The notes under the pieces: model-generated | The model's input: only the letters and a program-made list of their open reading frames with translations | Told to the model about the DNA's origin: nothing | Databases searched by the model: none | NCBI GenBank assembly: GCA_002070275.1 | Contig: MWCY01000010.1 | Coordinates: 9,122-73,121, forward strand | Direction: 5' to 3' | DNA: 64,000 bases | Origin: Candidatus Hydrogenedentes bacterium ADurb.Bin170 | GTDB lineage: Bacteria > Hydrogenedentota > Hydrogenedentia > Hydrogenedentales > CAITNO01 | Position numbers and translations under genes: made by a program | Shown: in pieces, positions 35,404 to 45,166 of the stretch | Layout of the letters: every line of letters begins with the position of its first letter | Numbering within the stretch: the first letter of the stretch is position 1

Positions 35404-35529
35404 TCACTGCTGCGTGCGCTGCTTTTCAGCACTGTCTTTCTTTGCAAAAATCCGATAGAAGCAGTAGGCGTTCAGCGCCACAATAGCCAGCCATATGAAT
35501 CCCATATAAAGCCATGACAGGGGGGTCAT
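35404..35529 (-). CDS. 41-aa single-TM peptide translationally coupled to the NSS transporter (MetS-like small subunit candidate)
   Basis: The ATG overlaps the transporter stop in an ATGA arrangement. Sequence: MTPLSWLYMGFIWLAIVALNAYCFYRIFAKKDSAEKQRTQQ, one TM helix plus a basic tail. Confidence 0.5.
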   Translation of the reverse strand: MTPLSWLYMGFIWLAIVALNAYCFYRIFAKKDSAEKQRTQQ

Positions 35530-37094
35530 ACCCTTTCTCCTTCTGTGTCTGCTTCTTCGAAGAACTTGGGATGAGTTTTCCAGGCACGCCGTACGCCCCA
35601 GATCAAAAATCCCGCCATGCCCATCATCATCAGCCGTGCAAGCCACAGATAGGGCCTGGATGCCGGATCCACACCGGTCATAAAGACACGGTCGAAGAGA
35701 CTGTCATAGACCCACCACCCGAGCAATGCCAGCATGAAGGTCGGTGTGACATATTTAATGATATAAAAGAAGATGCGCGGCACCTGGAGCTCCGCACCGT
35801 AGTGCAGTTCCTTCCAGCCCCGTGCCGCCCCGAAAACCCAGCTGAAAAGCACTGTTTCAATAGTGGCGAAAAGTACCAGACAGAATTCGCCCATCCAGTA
35901 ATCCAGCTCGTCCACAACGCCGTGATGCATAAAAATAATTGCGGGCTGCATGAGGATAAAAACAACAATGCCCATGATATTCACTGCCCGTTTCCGGTTG
36001 GCGCGCAGTTCGTCCTCCAGAAAAAGCAGCAGGGGCGTGAACATTGCCATGGATGAGGTGAGCCCTGCCAGAAAAAGCAGAAAGAACCAGAGTGTTCCGA
36101 AAAACTGTCCGCCGGGCATTTGCTGAAAAATAACAGGCAGCGCAAAAAAGCCAAGGGAGAAGGTGCCGCCTTCGGCGATTTCCCGGGTTTGTGCGGCTCC
36201 AAAGAAAAGCACGGCGGCAGGGATGGCTATGGTACCACCCAGAATTACCTCGGCGAACTCGTTCATGGCACTGGCCGACAGACCGTTCAGAGTGACATCG
36301 TCACTTTTATTCAGGTAGCTGGCATAGGTGTGGATCATGCCCAGACCTACACTCAGCGTGAAGAAAATCTGACCTGCCGCGGCAATCCATACATCCGATT
36401 TCAGCAATACCCGCCAGTCGGTGACATGCCAGATCTGGGCAAGCCCGTCGCTTATGGTACGTCCGTCCTGCGGTGGCAGCGTCAGCACACGCACGGCAAG
36501 AACAATGCCCAGCAGCATCAGAAGAGGCACACAATACCGTGCCACCACTTCGATACCCCGCGAGATGCCCCGGCTGAATACAACAATATTGACAGCAAAG
36601 GCTATAAGAAAAAAGAAATAGGACTGGGGGTTGAAACTGAAGAAGCTGTCGCTGATGCCCAGATAGGAAGTGAACACTTTTCCCATGGATTCGTAGGAAT
36701 TCTGACCCCAGTATGCCCCTGTTGCCGTCTGCCACGCATACCCCAGAGACCAGGATTCGATATAGATGTAGTACACGCCTACCATGGCAGGCAGCAGGAT
36801 GCCGAAAATGCCGAGATATTTGGACAGGGGGTGCGCCCACATGCGGTGGAACATCCCCGGCGTGCTGCCATGGTTGTAACGGCCGCCAATGCGGCCTATT
36901 GTCCATTCCATCCAGAGAAGCGGGATCCCGACCAGCACCAGCACGAGAAAATAGGGAATCATGAAGGCGCCGCCGAAGGGAGCCGCCTTGCCCGGGAACC
37001 GCAGGAAGTTTCCCAGCCCCACTGCGTTTCCAGCCATCGCCATGATCAAGCCAAAACGGGTTGCCCACCCGTCATGGTTGCGTTTTTGCATCAT
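35526..37094 (-). CDS. Sodium-dependent transporter, NSS/SNF family
   Basis: The signature is AMAGNAVGLGNFLRFP. About 11-12 TM helices. Confidence 0.9.
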   Translation of the reverse strand: MMQKRNHDGWATRFGLIMAMAGNAVGLGNFLRFPGKAAPFGGAFMIPYFLVLVLVGIPLLWMEWTIGRIGGRYNHGSTPGMFHRMWAHPLSKYLGIFGILLPAMVGVYYIYIESWSLGYAWQTATGAYWGQNSYESMGKVFTSYLGISDSFFSFNPQSYFFFLIAFAVNIVVFSRGISRGIEVVARYCVPLLMLLGIVLAVRVLTLPPQDGRTISDGLAQIWHVTDWRVLLKSDVWIAAAGQIFFTLSVGLGMIHTYASYLNKSDDVTLNGLSASAMNEFAEVILGGTIAIPAAVLFFGAAQTREIAEGGTFSLGFFALPVIFQQMPGGQFFGTLWFFLLFLAGLTSSMAMFTPLLLFLEDELRANRKRAVNIMGIVVFILMQPAIIFMHHGVVDELDYWMGEFCLVLFATIETVLFSWVFGAARGWKELHYGAELQVPRIFFYIIKYVTPTFMLALLGWWVYDSLFDRVFMTGVDPASRPYLWLARLMMMGMAGFLIWGVRRAWKTHPKFFEEADTEGERV

Positions 37095-37299
37095 CCGTCT
37101 CCAGCATATTTTCGCATATATCTGTTGTGCATGAACTTTCTACTTGCGACTTCGAATTTTAAAGTATAAACGGCAGGGTAGTCCTGTTCAACTTTATTCC
37201 TTTGCGTGCCGCCCCTTCCGAAAGGCCCTTATACCTGTTGAGTCAGGGCTGGTTTTCCGTATTTTTGAATTTGCCTGTACCAAAGATTATAGTGAAGGC

Positions 37300-38334
37300 A
37301 TGGTTCAAACGGGTGATTATCGTCATGGCATCTTTTTCTTCCTGCTGTGCGTGTGCTTTGTGTTTCCGGGGCTCACAGGCTGTGACCGCATGCCGACCGG
37401 CGCAAGGGAGGCACTGGAAGATCATCGCACTTCCCGCTCGGCTTTTGTCCTTGCTCTTGCGGGGGATGTGCTGCTTTCACCCAACTGCAGCCGTCGCCCG
37501 CTGGCGGAACTGGAATGTGACAACTGCGGCTACGGAGACCTGATGCGCCCGGCACGCTCTTTTTTAAAAGGGGCGGATGCCGCTTTCTGCAACCTGGAGT
37601 CCCCTCTTTCTATGCGTGGCACTGCCGTTCCCGGCAAACTCTGGAACTTCCGGGCGGCACCGCATGCCGTAAAGGCATTGACGGAGAGCGGTTTCAACGT
37701 GGTCAGTGTTGCCAACAATCATATTCTCGACTACGGCAGCGATGCTTTCGCGGACACTCTGTCTCATCTGGAAAGAGCAGGCATACGGTACACAGGCGTA
37801 TCTGCTGACGGAGAGCAGCAGAATTCAGTGGTGATTGAGGCGAAAGGGGTACGCATCGCCTTCCTCGCATATGCCAATGTCTACCCGGCAGACTATTACC
37901 ATGTGCCACTGCGTCCTGTTCGTGCTACCCGTGAGCGGGTCCGCCGGGATATTGCGCAGGCAAAGGAGCAGGCGGATCATGTGATTATCTCAATACACTG
38001 GGGGATGGAATATAAAGCTGAACCGGATCCGGAGCAGATATCTCTGGCACATTTTATGATAGACGAGGGTGCATCGGTGGTTGCCGGGCATCATGCTCAC
38101 ATACTTCAGGACCCGGAATATTATCGGGGCGGTGTGATCTTTTACAGTCTCGGCAATTTTCTTTTTATGCAGGGCCGGCTTCGCACCCCGGAAACACGCG
38201 TTTATGCACTCTTTTTGAATAAAGATGCGATTGTAAGGGTCAGTTATATACCTTTTGACCTGAAAGTGAATCCCTGGAGAATGGTTTACACGCCCTTCAG
38301 CCGCCGTGCCTGGCGTTTTCCTGAAGCACACTAA
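37300..38334 (+). CDS. capA: CapA/PGA_cap-family metallophosphoesterase-like lipoprotein
   Basis: The start is trimmed to the ATG at 37300. Lipobox FPGLTGC. VSVANNHILDYG and VAGHHAHILQ. Confidence 0.75.
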   Translation: MVQTGDYRHGIFFFLLCVCFVFPGLTGCDRMPTGAREALEDHRTSRSAFVLALAGDVLLSPNCSRRPLAELECDNCGYGDLMRPARSFLKGADAAFCNLESPLSMRGTAVPGKLWNFRAAPHAVKALTESGFNVVSVANNHILDYGSDAFADTLSHLERAGIRYTGVSADGEQQNSVVIEAKGVRIAFLAYANVYPADYYHVPLRPVRATRERVRRDIAQAKEQADHVIISIHWGMEYKAEPDPEQISLAHFMIDEGASVVAGHHAHILQDPEYYRGGVIFYSLGNFLFMQGRLRTPETRVYALFLNKDAIVRVSYIPFDLKVNPWRMVYTPFSRRAWRFPEAH

Positions 38335-38374
38335 AGGGGTCTCCGTTATATAAACGGGGAGGGAATACGTTAAA

Positions 38375-39892
38375 ATGGGAAGATCGAGGAGAGTACGATT
38401 CATGGTTAAGTGGCAGATCATCATGGGCATTCTGATAACGTGCGGGTTGGCATCGGCAAACACACTGGATATCACTCCTTTTCTGGGTGAGAACTGGTAC
38501 GGCCTTTACTTTAACGGGGAAAAAGTCGGATACCTGGTAAAACGCACCTCGCTGAACGACCACAAAGACATTGAAGTGCTGGAAGATGCGCATTTCCGGG
38601 TGACCATGTCCGGTGCCCGGCAGGGTATGAGCATCACCACCACGCGCACCTATGCTGCTGCCGGAGATCTGATCAGTATTGATATGGAAATGCAGGATCC
38701 CGCTCAGGCTTCGACCTTTCATGCCCGGGTTGATGGTGACTCCATGCGGGTAAAAAGTCTTTTGGGCGGTACAGCCCGGGAAGAGACTTTTCCGCGGCCG
38801 CAGGAATCGCTTACAGACGCACTGCGCGATGCAGTCTGGGTGCGCAGCCGGCCGGAGCCGGGCGCCGTTATCAATTTCTCTGTTTTTGAGCCCATGTACC
38901 AGAAAGAAGTGATGGGCATGAGCCGGATTACAGGCGTTGAAGAAAGAATACTCAACGGTGTTCCTACCCGCATTTATGAAATTCAGAGTGTCCTCGATCT
39001 GATGGATATAGAGTCGACTTCTTATGTTGCTGAAGACGGCACGACAGTGGAAGACGTTGTGTCCGGTGTCTTTACCATGCGGCTGGAACCGGAAGATTCC
39101 GCTAAAGACGTGGAATATGCCGTGGATACCATGGTGTCCAATGCCGTGCTTCTGCCTGAGCGCATTGCCGATCCGCGTACCCGGCGCTGGCTGCGGCTCT
39201 GGCTCAAAGGGCCTCTGCGTGAAGCGCATCTGTTCAATGACGTACGCCAGCATATGACGCTTCTTGACGACAAAGTTGATTTTTATGCGGAGCGCACGGA
39301 TCTGTCCACCCTCGTGATTCCGCAGCTTCCTGTTGAAGATCCGGAGTTGCTGCGCCATACGAAACCGTCTGCCTACATCCAGAGCGATGACGCGAAACTG
39401 GTTGCCCGGGCGCGGGAAATTGTCGGTGATGAAAAGGACATTCTGAAGGCATCCCAAAAAATATGCTCCTGGGTACATGGCAATATGCGCAGCGTTTATT
39501 CCGCCCGCCTGTCCAATGCACTGGATGCGCTGGAAAGCCTGGAGGGAGACTGCACCGAATATACCGTTCTTTTTGTGGGTCTTGCCGCCGCAGCCGGTAT
39601 CCCGGCGAAAATCTGTGCAGGGCTTATTTATGTGGACAGCGCCAAGTCAGGTTTTTATTTTCATCAGTGGGCGTCTGTGTGGATGGGGGAATGGATTGAT
39701 GTGGATCCCGCCTTTAACCAGATCCCTGTTGACGTAACGCATATAAAGCTCGCCGAAGGCGATCTGTTCCGGCAGGCAAGAATCCTTCCCCTCATCGGGC
39801 GGCTCAGTATCACTGTGAATGAAGAAGCACCCCGCCAGGACGATCTTTCCGAACCCGAAGAGCATGCCGGCGAAGAGCCGCCCCAGGAATAA
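38375..39892 (+). CDS. Transglutaminase-like domain protein, paralogue 2
   Basis: Signal/TM IIMGILITCGLASA. The core is LEGDCTEYTVLFVGLAAAAGIPAK...FYFHQWASVW..DVDPAF, collinear with the 25893-27374 product. Confidence 0.7.
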   Translation: MGRSRRVRFMVKWQIIMGILITCGLASANTLDITPFLGENWYGLYFNGEKVGYLVKRTSLNDHKDIEVLEDAHFRVTMSGARQGMSITTTRTYAAAGDLISIDMEMQDPAQASTFHARVDGDSMRVKSLLGGTAREETFPRPQESLTDALRDAVWVRSRPEPGAVINFSVFEPMYQKEVMGMSRITGVEERILNGVPTRIYEIQSVLDLMDIESTSYVAEDGTTVEDVVSGVFTMRLEPEDSAKDVEYAVDTMVSNAVLLPERIADPRTRRWLRLWLKGPLREAHLFNDVRQHMTLLDDKVDFYAERTDLSTLVIPQLPVEDPELLRHTKPSAYIQSDDAKLVARAREIVGDEKDILKASQKICSWVHGNMRSVYSARLSNALDALESLEGDCTEYTVLFVGLAAAAGIPAKICAGLIYVDSAKSGFYFHQWASVWMGEWIDVDPAFNQIPVDVTHIKLAEGDLFRQARILPLIGRLSITVNEEAPRQDDLSEPEEHAGEEPPQE

Positions 39893-39948
39893 TCAGGTGG
39901 CCCGGGCCTGATTGGTGGGGATCCGACAGCTTCTGGAGCATCGCAGCC

Positions 39949-42924
39949 GTGTCCGAACAAAAACAGATTTCCAACGATGGCAGCGCCGAATCTCCCGGGG
40001 CGGTGTCGCCCGTGCCTACGGAAAAAGCACCTGCTCGCAGAAAAAGGAAAGTATTTCTGCTTTTCGTGCTGATTCTGCTGTCTGTGGTGCTTTTTCTCGG
40101 ACAGACCGGTCTGGTGGAGCGTCAGTGGCTGCCTGCCCTTTCACAATATTTCACGGGATATGCACTTCGTTTTGAACGCATCGGGCTTTATCCGCTGGAG
40201 CTGCGCAATCTGGAGCTGCGCCGGAAGGGAGATTATGAAAAAGACCCGCCGCTGCTGTCCGTCTCCTTTCTTAAGATAGACTGGAGCGTCACGTCCCTTT
40301 TTTCAGAAAAGCGACTGTTTCGCGAAATCTCGGCACATGGGATCAGGGCGATCATTCGTGATAGCGGCGCACTTGCACTGCCCGGTGACGGCGCCGCCGC
40401 CAAAGAAAAAAAAGCGTTTGCGGCGCCCGCTTTTTTGCTTCCCCGGGTGATTCATTTTGAAGACCTTTCTGTGCAGGTACAGAATAAAGATACCCGTGCA
40501 TCGCTGGAAGGGCTGCGGGGTAGTGCTGTGATCAGGAGTTTTTCAGATCTGACAGCAGCAGCCGGAGGAACGGAAATACGGGCGCGCTGGCTGCCCGGAT
40601 TGGAAAAGGAAGAGCTGTCGTTTCCGGAAGGAAATATTTCTGTTAAGGCGCATCGGGCAGGCGAAGAAATTCAGGCGGAGGCGCATCTCAGCATACCGGA
40701 CTTGTTGCAGTTCCGTGCTGAAGCATCGCTGACAGCTGGCGAAGCTCCTGCCTTGCGTCTGAATATTATCGAGTGCAGCGCACAGGGCAGGCTGCCCGGT
40801 GAGTTTGTGTCTCCGTTTCTTCCTGTTCCTGTGTTTTTCGAGAGACTCGACGCTGCACCTCTGTCTGTTACTGCCGGGTGGAGCGGTGGTGTTCCGGAAG
40901 CACAGCAGTTATCTTTTGATCTGCGCTGTACCGGGCTCACGGTCGGAAGAGCGGAGTCCCGTCTTTATGATGGCGACCTGAGCCTGACTGCCCGGACGGC
41001 GGCAGAAGGCGGGGGCGAAACAGACTGGACATTGCAGCTGAACCGGAAACAGCAGATTTCGGGTACTCTCCGGGCGGAGTCCGGCACGGTGCAGCTCAAA
41101 GCGGAAGGCGAAGGCTGGGACAGGGAAGGGGTGACGGCATTGCTGCCCGGGGCTTACGCACCTTTTGCATCGTGGATTCCTCCGCTGAAGAAGGCGGATT
41201 TTGATCTCGTTGCCCGTATGAATTCCGCCGGAGCGGAATTTGAAGGGAATCTGTCGCCCCGTCTGGATTCAGGTACGGAGCTGTCCGCTCATTTTCAGGG
41301 GGCTTATCAGCATGCCGGTTCGGGCGATATGACGATAGAGGCAGTTCTGGGCGACGGATCATTGCAGGGCAGTGCCGGGCTCCATCCCGGGACGGGTATA
41401 TCGGTGCAGGCGGCGTTAAAGCACTGTTCTCTTGCCGACCTGCTGTCTTTCGTTCCGGCACAGACAGGGGCTGAGGCCTGGTCGGGGACGATGGACGGCA
41501 GTCTTGCGTTCAGCAAATCACCGGGGAAAGAGGCCACGGTGAAGACGACGCTCACTGTCGGAAACCTGTTTCATCCGTCCCTTATGCCCGGGACCCTGGA
41601 GGATCCTCTTTCTTTTGTTCTGTCGGCAGCGCTCAGCGAAGACCTTGCTTCTTTGCAATCGGCGCAGTGTGATGTGGAAGCAGGGGCGTTCTTTAAGGCA
41701 GCCGTGGGCAAGTGCCGGGGCGATCTGAATACGGGCGGCCTGCATTTCTCTTTTCAGGGAGAGGCGGATCTGATGGAGGCAGGCACCCGGGCGGGCTTCA
41801 GTGACTTATGGGGGGCAGTGCAGTGGGAAACAACGGTGGCAGTGAAAAACTGGTTGGATATCGTGCTGAATCCCGCCACAATCACTTGTGAATCTCTTGG
41901 CTGGGGAGATTATTCATTGCCCTACGGAGAGGTACTGACTGTCACGTGTCCGGCCCGCCTGTCTTTGCAGAACAACCGGGCTGTGCTTGGGCCCGTTCTT
42001 ATGGAGATAGGCAGTGGTACTTCGATGCGCGCCGAGGAAATCACGCTCCGGAGTGATGCGGTGAAAGGAAAGGGGCTTTTTTCTTTCACCACCGATTTCG
42101 CCCCGGTGAAAGCGAAGGGATGGCTTGAAGAGGCGGAAGGCAGGCTGAATGCGGAGCTGCGGGACTTTGAATGGATACCGGAAGGGCTGCAGGGCAACCT
42201 TTCTTTTTCACTTACACCTTCCAGTTTTGTGCTGCCTCGGTCTCTTGCCCGGATGAGCGGACTGGCTGTTGACGGACAGGCTCGACTGGGCGCTTCTCCG
42301 ACGGCAGAAGCTGATATCGTTCTGGAAGAGCTCCTTGCCGGAGGCGTGAAAATCAGTGCAGCGCCTGCCCGTCTGACTTTTCAGGAGGGGAAGGCAAAAG
42401 TAGATCCGCTGACTTTGGGCGTTTTTGGCGGCACCCTTAATCTCTCGCTGCAATGGGAGCCCTTTGCTTCAGGCTTTCCATTGACGGTACGCAGCAACAT
42501 TGACCGCATAGACCTGGGCGTTTTTACCGACGAATTTAAACCCCAGTCCCTCGTGCTGACAGGAATTGTGCGCGGGGAGATGTTCTGTGTGCTCACCCCT
42601 TCCCAGCTCCGTGATTTCAGTCTGATGCTGGAATCAACAGAAAACTTCAGCATGAACAGGGATATGGTGGAACAGTTGTTGCTCAACCAGTACATGAATG
42701 ATGTGACCGGTTCCCGTCAGGTGAGCCGGATGCTGCAATCGGTGCTCGGGAAAAAACCGCAGACCGCCTTTGATCGGGCCCAAATCAAACTGGGGCTTGA
42801 AGAGAGCCGCATTGCTGGAACGGCACTGCTGGAGAGCAAGTCGCTGAATCTCACGGTAGATATCAAAGCGGACCCTCCGGCACTGCTGGAAGCGCTTCGC
42901 ATAAGACAGGAACACACGGATTGA
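39949..42924 (+). CDS. Large N-terminally anchored envelope protein, AsmA-like/YdbH-like (assigned mainly by synteny)
   Basis: GTG start and a TM helix (FLLFVLILLSVVLFLG), then about 930 aa of beta-rich, Gly/Ser/Ala/Leu-rich sequence. A YnbE/YdbL-like gene follows directly. Confidence 0.5.
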   Translation: MSEQKQISNDGSAESPGAVSPVPTEKAPARRKRKVFLLFVLILLSVVLFLGQTGLVERQWLPALSQYFTGYALRFERIGLYPLELRNLELRRKGDYEKDPPLLSVSFLKIDWSVTSLFSEKRLFREISAHGIRAIIRDSGALALPGDGAAAKEKKAFAAPAFLLPRVIHFEDLSVQVQNKDTRASLEGLRGSAVIRSFSDLTAAAGGTEIRARWLPGLEKEELSFPEGNISVKAHRAGEEIQAEAHLSIPDLLQFRAEASLTAGEAPALRLNIIECSAQGRLPGEFVSPFLPVPVFFERLDAAPLSVTAGWSGGVPEAQQLSFDLRCTGLTVGRAESRLYDGDLSLTARTAAEGGGETDWTLQLNRKQQISGTLRAESGTVQLKAEGEGWDREGVTALLPGAYAPFASWIPPLKKADFDLVARMNSAGAEFEGNLSPRLDSGTELSAHFQGAYQHAGSGDMTIEAVLGDGSLQGSAGLHPGTGISVQAALKHCSLADLLSFVPAQTGAEAWSGTMDGSLAFSKSPGKEATVKTTLTVGNLFHPSLMPGTLEDPLSFVLSAALSEDLASLQSAQCDVEAGAFFKAAVGKCRGDLNTGGLHFSFQGEADLMEAGTRAGFSDLWGAVQWETTVAVKNWLDIVLNPATITCESLGWGDYSLPYGEVLTVTCPARLSLQNNRAVLGPVLMEIGSGTSMRAEEITLRSDAVKGKGLFSFTTDFAPVKAKGWLEEAEGRLNAELRDFEWIPEGLQGNLSFSLTPSSFVLPRSLARMSGLAVDGQARLGASPTAEADIVLEELLAGGVKISAAPARLTFQEGKAKVDPLTLGVFGGTLNLSLQWEPFASGFPLTVRSNIDRIDLGVFTDEFKPQSLVLTGIVRGEMFCVLTPSQLRDFSLMLESTENFSMNRDMVEQLLLNQYMNDVTGSRQVSRMLQSVLGKKPQTAFDRAQIKLGLEESRIAGTALLESKSLNLTVDIKADPPALLEALRIRQEHTD

Positions 42925-43033
42925 GAATAACAGGGGGGTGAATATTTGTCTTATAATAAACAGGATGCTGATCGGGTGAATAAACATTCGAATTTCGGCG
43001 TCCTGTCAACACCTTCAACAGGAGAATGTCGCA

Positions 43034-43720
43034 ATGAGAAAAATAGTGGCTGTTCTGGGAGCAGTGGTTCTTAGTTTCGCACTGGGTTGTGTAATTCGTA
43101 CTGAGCACAAGATCAATGCTCACATTACACTGGATATCCGCCATATTGCCGATCAGGCGACGGATGTTCTGGACTATGTGGAAGGGAAATCTGATGTGCT
43201 GCCGGGCATGGAGCCTGCTCCTGCTCCTGTGTCATCGTGGTACGACAGACTTCCATCGTTCCGCCTTTTTGAGACAGCGTGGGCAGATTCATTGAGTCAG
43301 ACCGATTCGCCTGTGGTTCGTGAGATCGCAGGAAAAATGCGGGAGCGCAATGCCACCATTGCCGCCCTGAAAAAAGAGGGCTGTCTGGGCGAAAACAACC
43401 GGGGATATGTGGAACTTCGTGAGTGCGATGCGGCGAAAAACCCGGAAAAGAAAAACGAAATTCAGAAAACACTGGCAGAGGAAAATAAAGACCGCAAGGC
43501 GCTTTATGCGGAGATCGCCCGGCTCAACCGGGAACTTCCCGGCGTGAATGTCACCAAGGTGGAGCGGATTTATGCGCTGGAGCGCATGCGTCGTGCTCAG
43601 GCGGGTGAATCGGTTCAGCTTCCACCTGCCGGAGATGATTTCACCGCCATTCAAAGTTCTGAACTCGGGAAGGCACTCGGAGCTGCCTGTCAGCCCGACG
43701 CCTGGGTGATCATTCCCTGA
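43034..43720 (+). CDS. Lipoprotein combining a YnbE-like N-terminus and a YdbL-like (DUF1318) C-terminal domain
   Basis: The lipobox SFALGC is followed by VIRTEHKINAHITLDIRHI (compare E. coli YnbE ...ITINMNVKIEHEI). Later comes LKKEGCLGENNRGYVEL...LAEENKDRKALYAEIA, the DUF1318 pattern. Confidence 0.6.
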   Translation: MRKIVAVLGAVVLSFALGCVIRTEHKINAHITLDIRHIADQATDVLDYVEGKSDVLPGMEPAPAPVSSWYDRLPSFRLFETAWADSLSQTDSPVVREIAGKMRERNATIAALKKEGCLGENNRGYVELRECDAAKNPEKKNEIQKTLAEENKDRKALYAEIARLNRELPGVNVTKVERIYALERMRRAQAGESVQLPPAGDDFTAIQSSELGKALGAACQPDAWVIIP

Positions 43721-43752
43721 TCAGGTCTGTTTCACTCAACCAAAATAAACAG

Positions 43753-43793
43753 CCGCTCTCCTGTACAGACAAGTCAGGAGAGCGGTTCTTTTT
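43753..43793 (+). terminator. Intrinsic terminator after the ynbE-ydbL-like gene
   Basis: CCGCTCTCCTG (43753-43763) pairs with CAGGAGAGCGG (43775-43785), 11 bp, followed by TTCTTTTT. Confidence 0.7.
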
Positions 43794-43816
43794 GTGCTGC
43801 GGCCTGGGCCGGTGCG

Positions 43817-43855
43817 AAAAAAAAAGAGCGGTGATTCACCGGAGTGAACCACCGC
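43817..43855 (-). terminator. Intrinsic terminator after the DUF1559 gene (minus strand)
   Basis: On the minus strand, GCGGTGGTTCAC-TCCG-GTGAATCACCGC forms 12 bp including one G-U pair, followed by TCTTTTTTTTT. Confidence 0.7.
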
Positions 43856-43888
43856 CACAAGAAGGGTCGGGGGAAGAAAAAGGACGAA

Positions 43889-44884
43889 TTACCACGCAGC
43901 TGCGATCAGTCCGATCACGTTTGCTGTGTTGGAATTGATGAAACCGGTGCCCTGAGCGTCGTTGCCGATATACCGGATGAATTCGACGTGTCCGTCCATG
44001 TACAGAACATTGCATCCGCCCGGTACGTGGTTGAAGTACTGGACTGCAGCACCGGCACCGAACATATCAAACATGACCTGCACGGTGCTCTGTGCCATGG
44101 CGCTGGCTGCCGGGTTGTTGATGTCGGTGATCAGGAAACGTTCAATACCTTCACGCAGACGGTACACAGTGCTTCCGTTGCCGTTACCCATGGGAATGGT
44201 GCCGCCGGGCGCAAAGACATTTTCGATATCCTTATCCATGGCCTCGCGGCTGCCGCTGAGAAAGCGCATGAGCACTTCATCCACAGCTTTACCGACCTGA
44301 ATGGGAACGATGGCACTTGTCTGCACAGCCGCCGGATTGGGAAGAATGCCCAGCAGGGTCGTAATATTGGGAGCGGAGTTTGCCAGTGTATCACGCCATT
44401 CAGGTTTATTTTCCGCTTTGTCCATAACATAGCCGAAGTAGGCATAGCTTTCATCCATGGACCAGCCATGCTCATCCAGATAATTGACATAGTGAGCGAA
44501 TACCCAGTCGCCGTTGGAGTCTTTGAGGCTGTCAACGGAGTTATTGCCGTCCGACGGGCAGATCAGAATTGCCGGATCGGTCAGATATTCGGGGTATACG
44601 GCTGAGAGCCGGGGGCCGATGGCGATAGCGGCATCATGACCGCCGGTCAGGTCCAGCGGGTTATTGAAGTATGTGGCGGCGATGGGAGGAAACATCTGAC
44701 CTTTGTCTTCATTGGCATACATTTTGTAAATGAGTCCCCACTGCTTCAGATTGTTCTGACAGGAGGAGCGGCGGGCTGCCTCACGGGCACGGGCGAGTGC
44801 AGGCAGGAGGATGGCGGCAAGGATGCCGATGATGGCAATGACCACCAGAAGTTCAATCAGTGTAAAGCCTCTTCTCTTTTTCAT
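43889..44884 (-). CDS. Prepilin-type N-terminal methylation-motif protein with a DUF1559-like body
   Basis: [50 protein letters not shown]... The C-terminus has YMDGHVEF (H-X9-DG-like). Confidence 0.85.
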   Translation of the reverse strand: MKKRRGFTLIELLVVIAIIGILAAILLPALARAREAARRSSCQNNLKQWGLIYKMYANEDKGQMFPPIAATYFNNPLDLTGGHDAAIAIGPRLSAVYPEYLTDPAILICPSDGNNSVDSLKDSNGDWVFAHYVNYLDEHGWSMDESYAYFGYVMDKAENKPEWRDTLANSAPNITTLLGILPNPAAVQTSAIVPIQVGKAVDEVLMRFLSGSREAMDKDIENVFAPGGTIPMGNGNGSTVYRLREGIERFLITDINNPAASAMAQSTVQVMFDMFGAGAAVQYFNHVPGGCNVLYMDGHVEFIRYIGNDAQGTGFINSNTANVIGLIAAAW

Positions 44885-45094
44885 GGTGTAATTCCTTTTA
44901 CTGCGGGTTTTGCGGGGTGTCGTACACCGCCGCCGGGCATAAGGGTATCAGTACACAAGGGACAGTACGCCCTGTGGCGCCGTCCGGGCTGTGCGACAGG
45001 ACACGTATCATGCCGCCAGCCTGAGCTCTATGGTAAACGATTGGACTGTTAGAAGTCAAACCTTAAAATAGATCTAAGGGGGAAAGTGCTCTTT

Positions 45095-45122
45095 TTGCAG
45101 AGAAGACATCTTATGTCATAAT
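45095..45122 (+). promoter_or_regulatory. Sigma70-type promoter candidate for the GDPD gene
   Basis: TTGCAG (45095-45100), a 16-nt spacer, then TGTCATAAT (45114-45122). Confidence 0.35.
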
Positions 45123-45166
45123 GCCGGGATGAATGTTGATGCATGGCAGTCTAAAGGAGTTATTTC

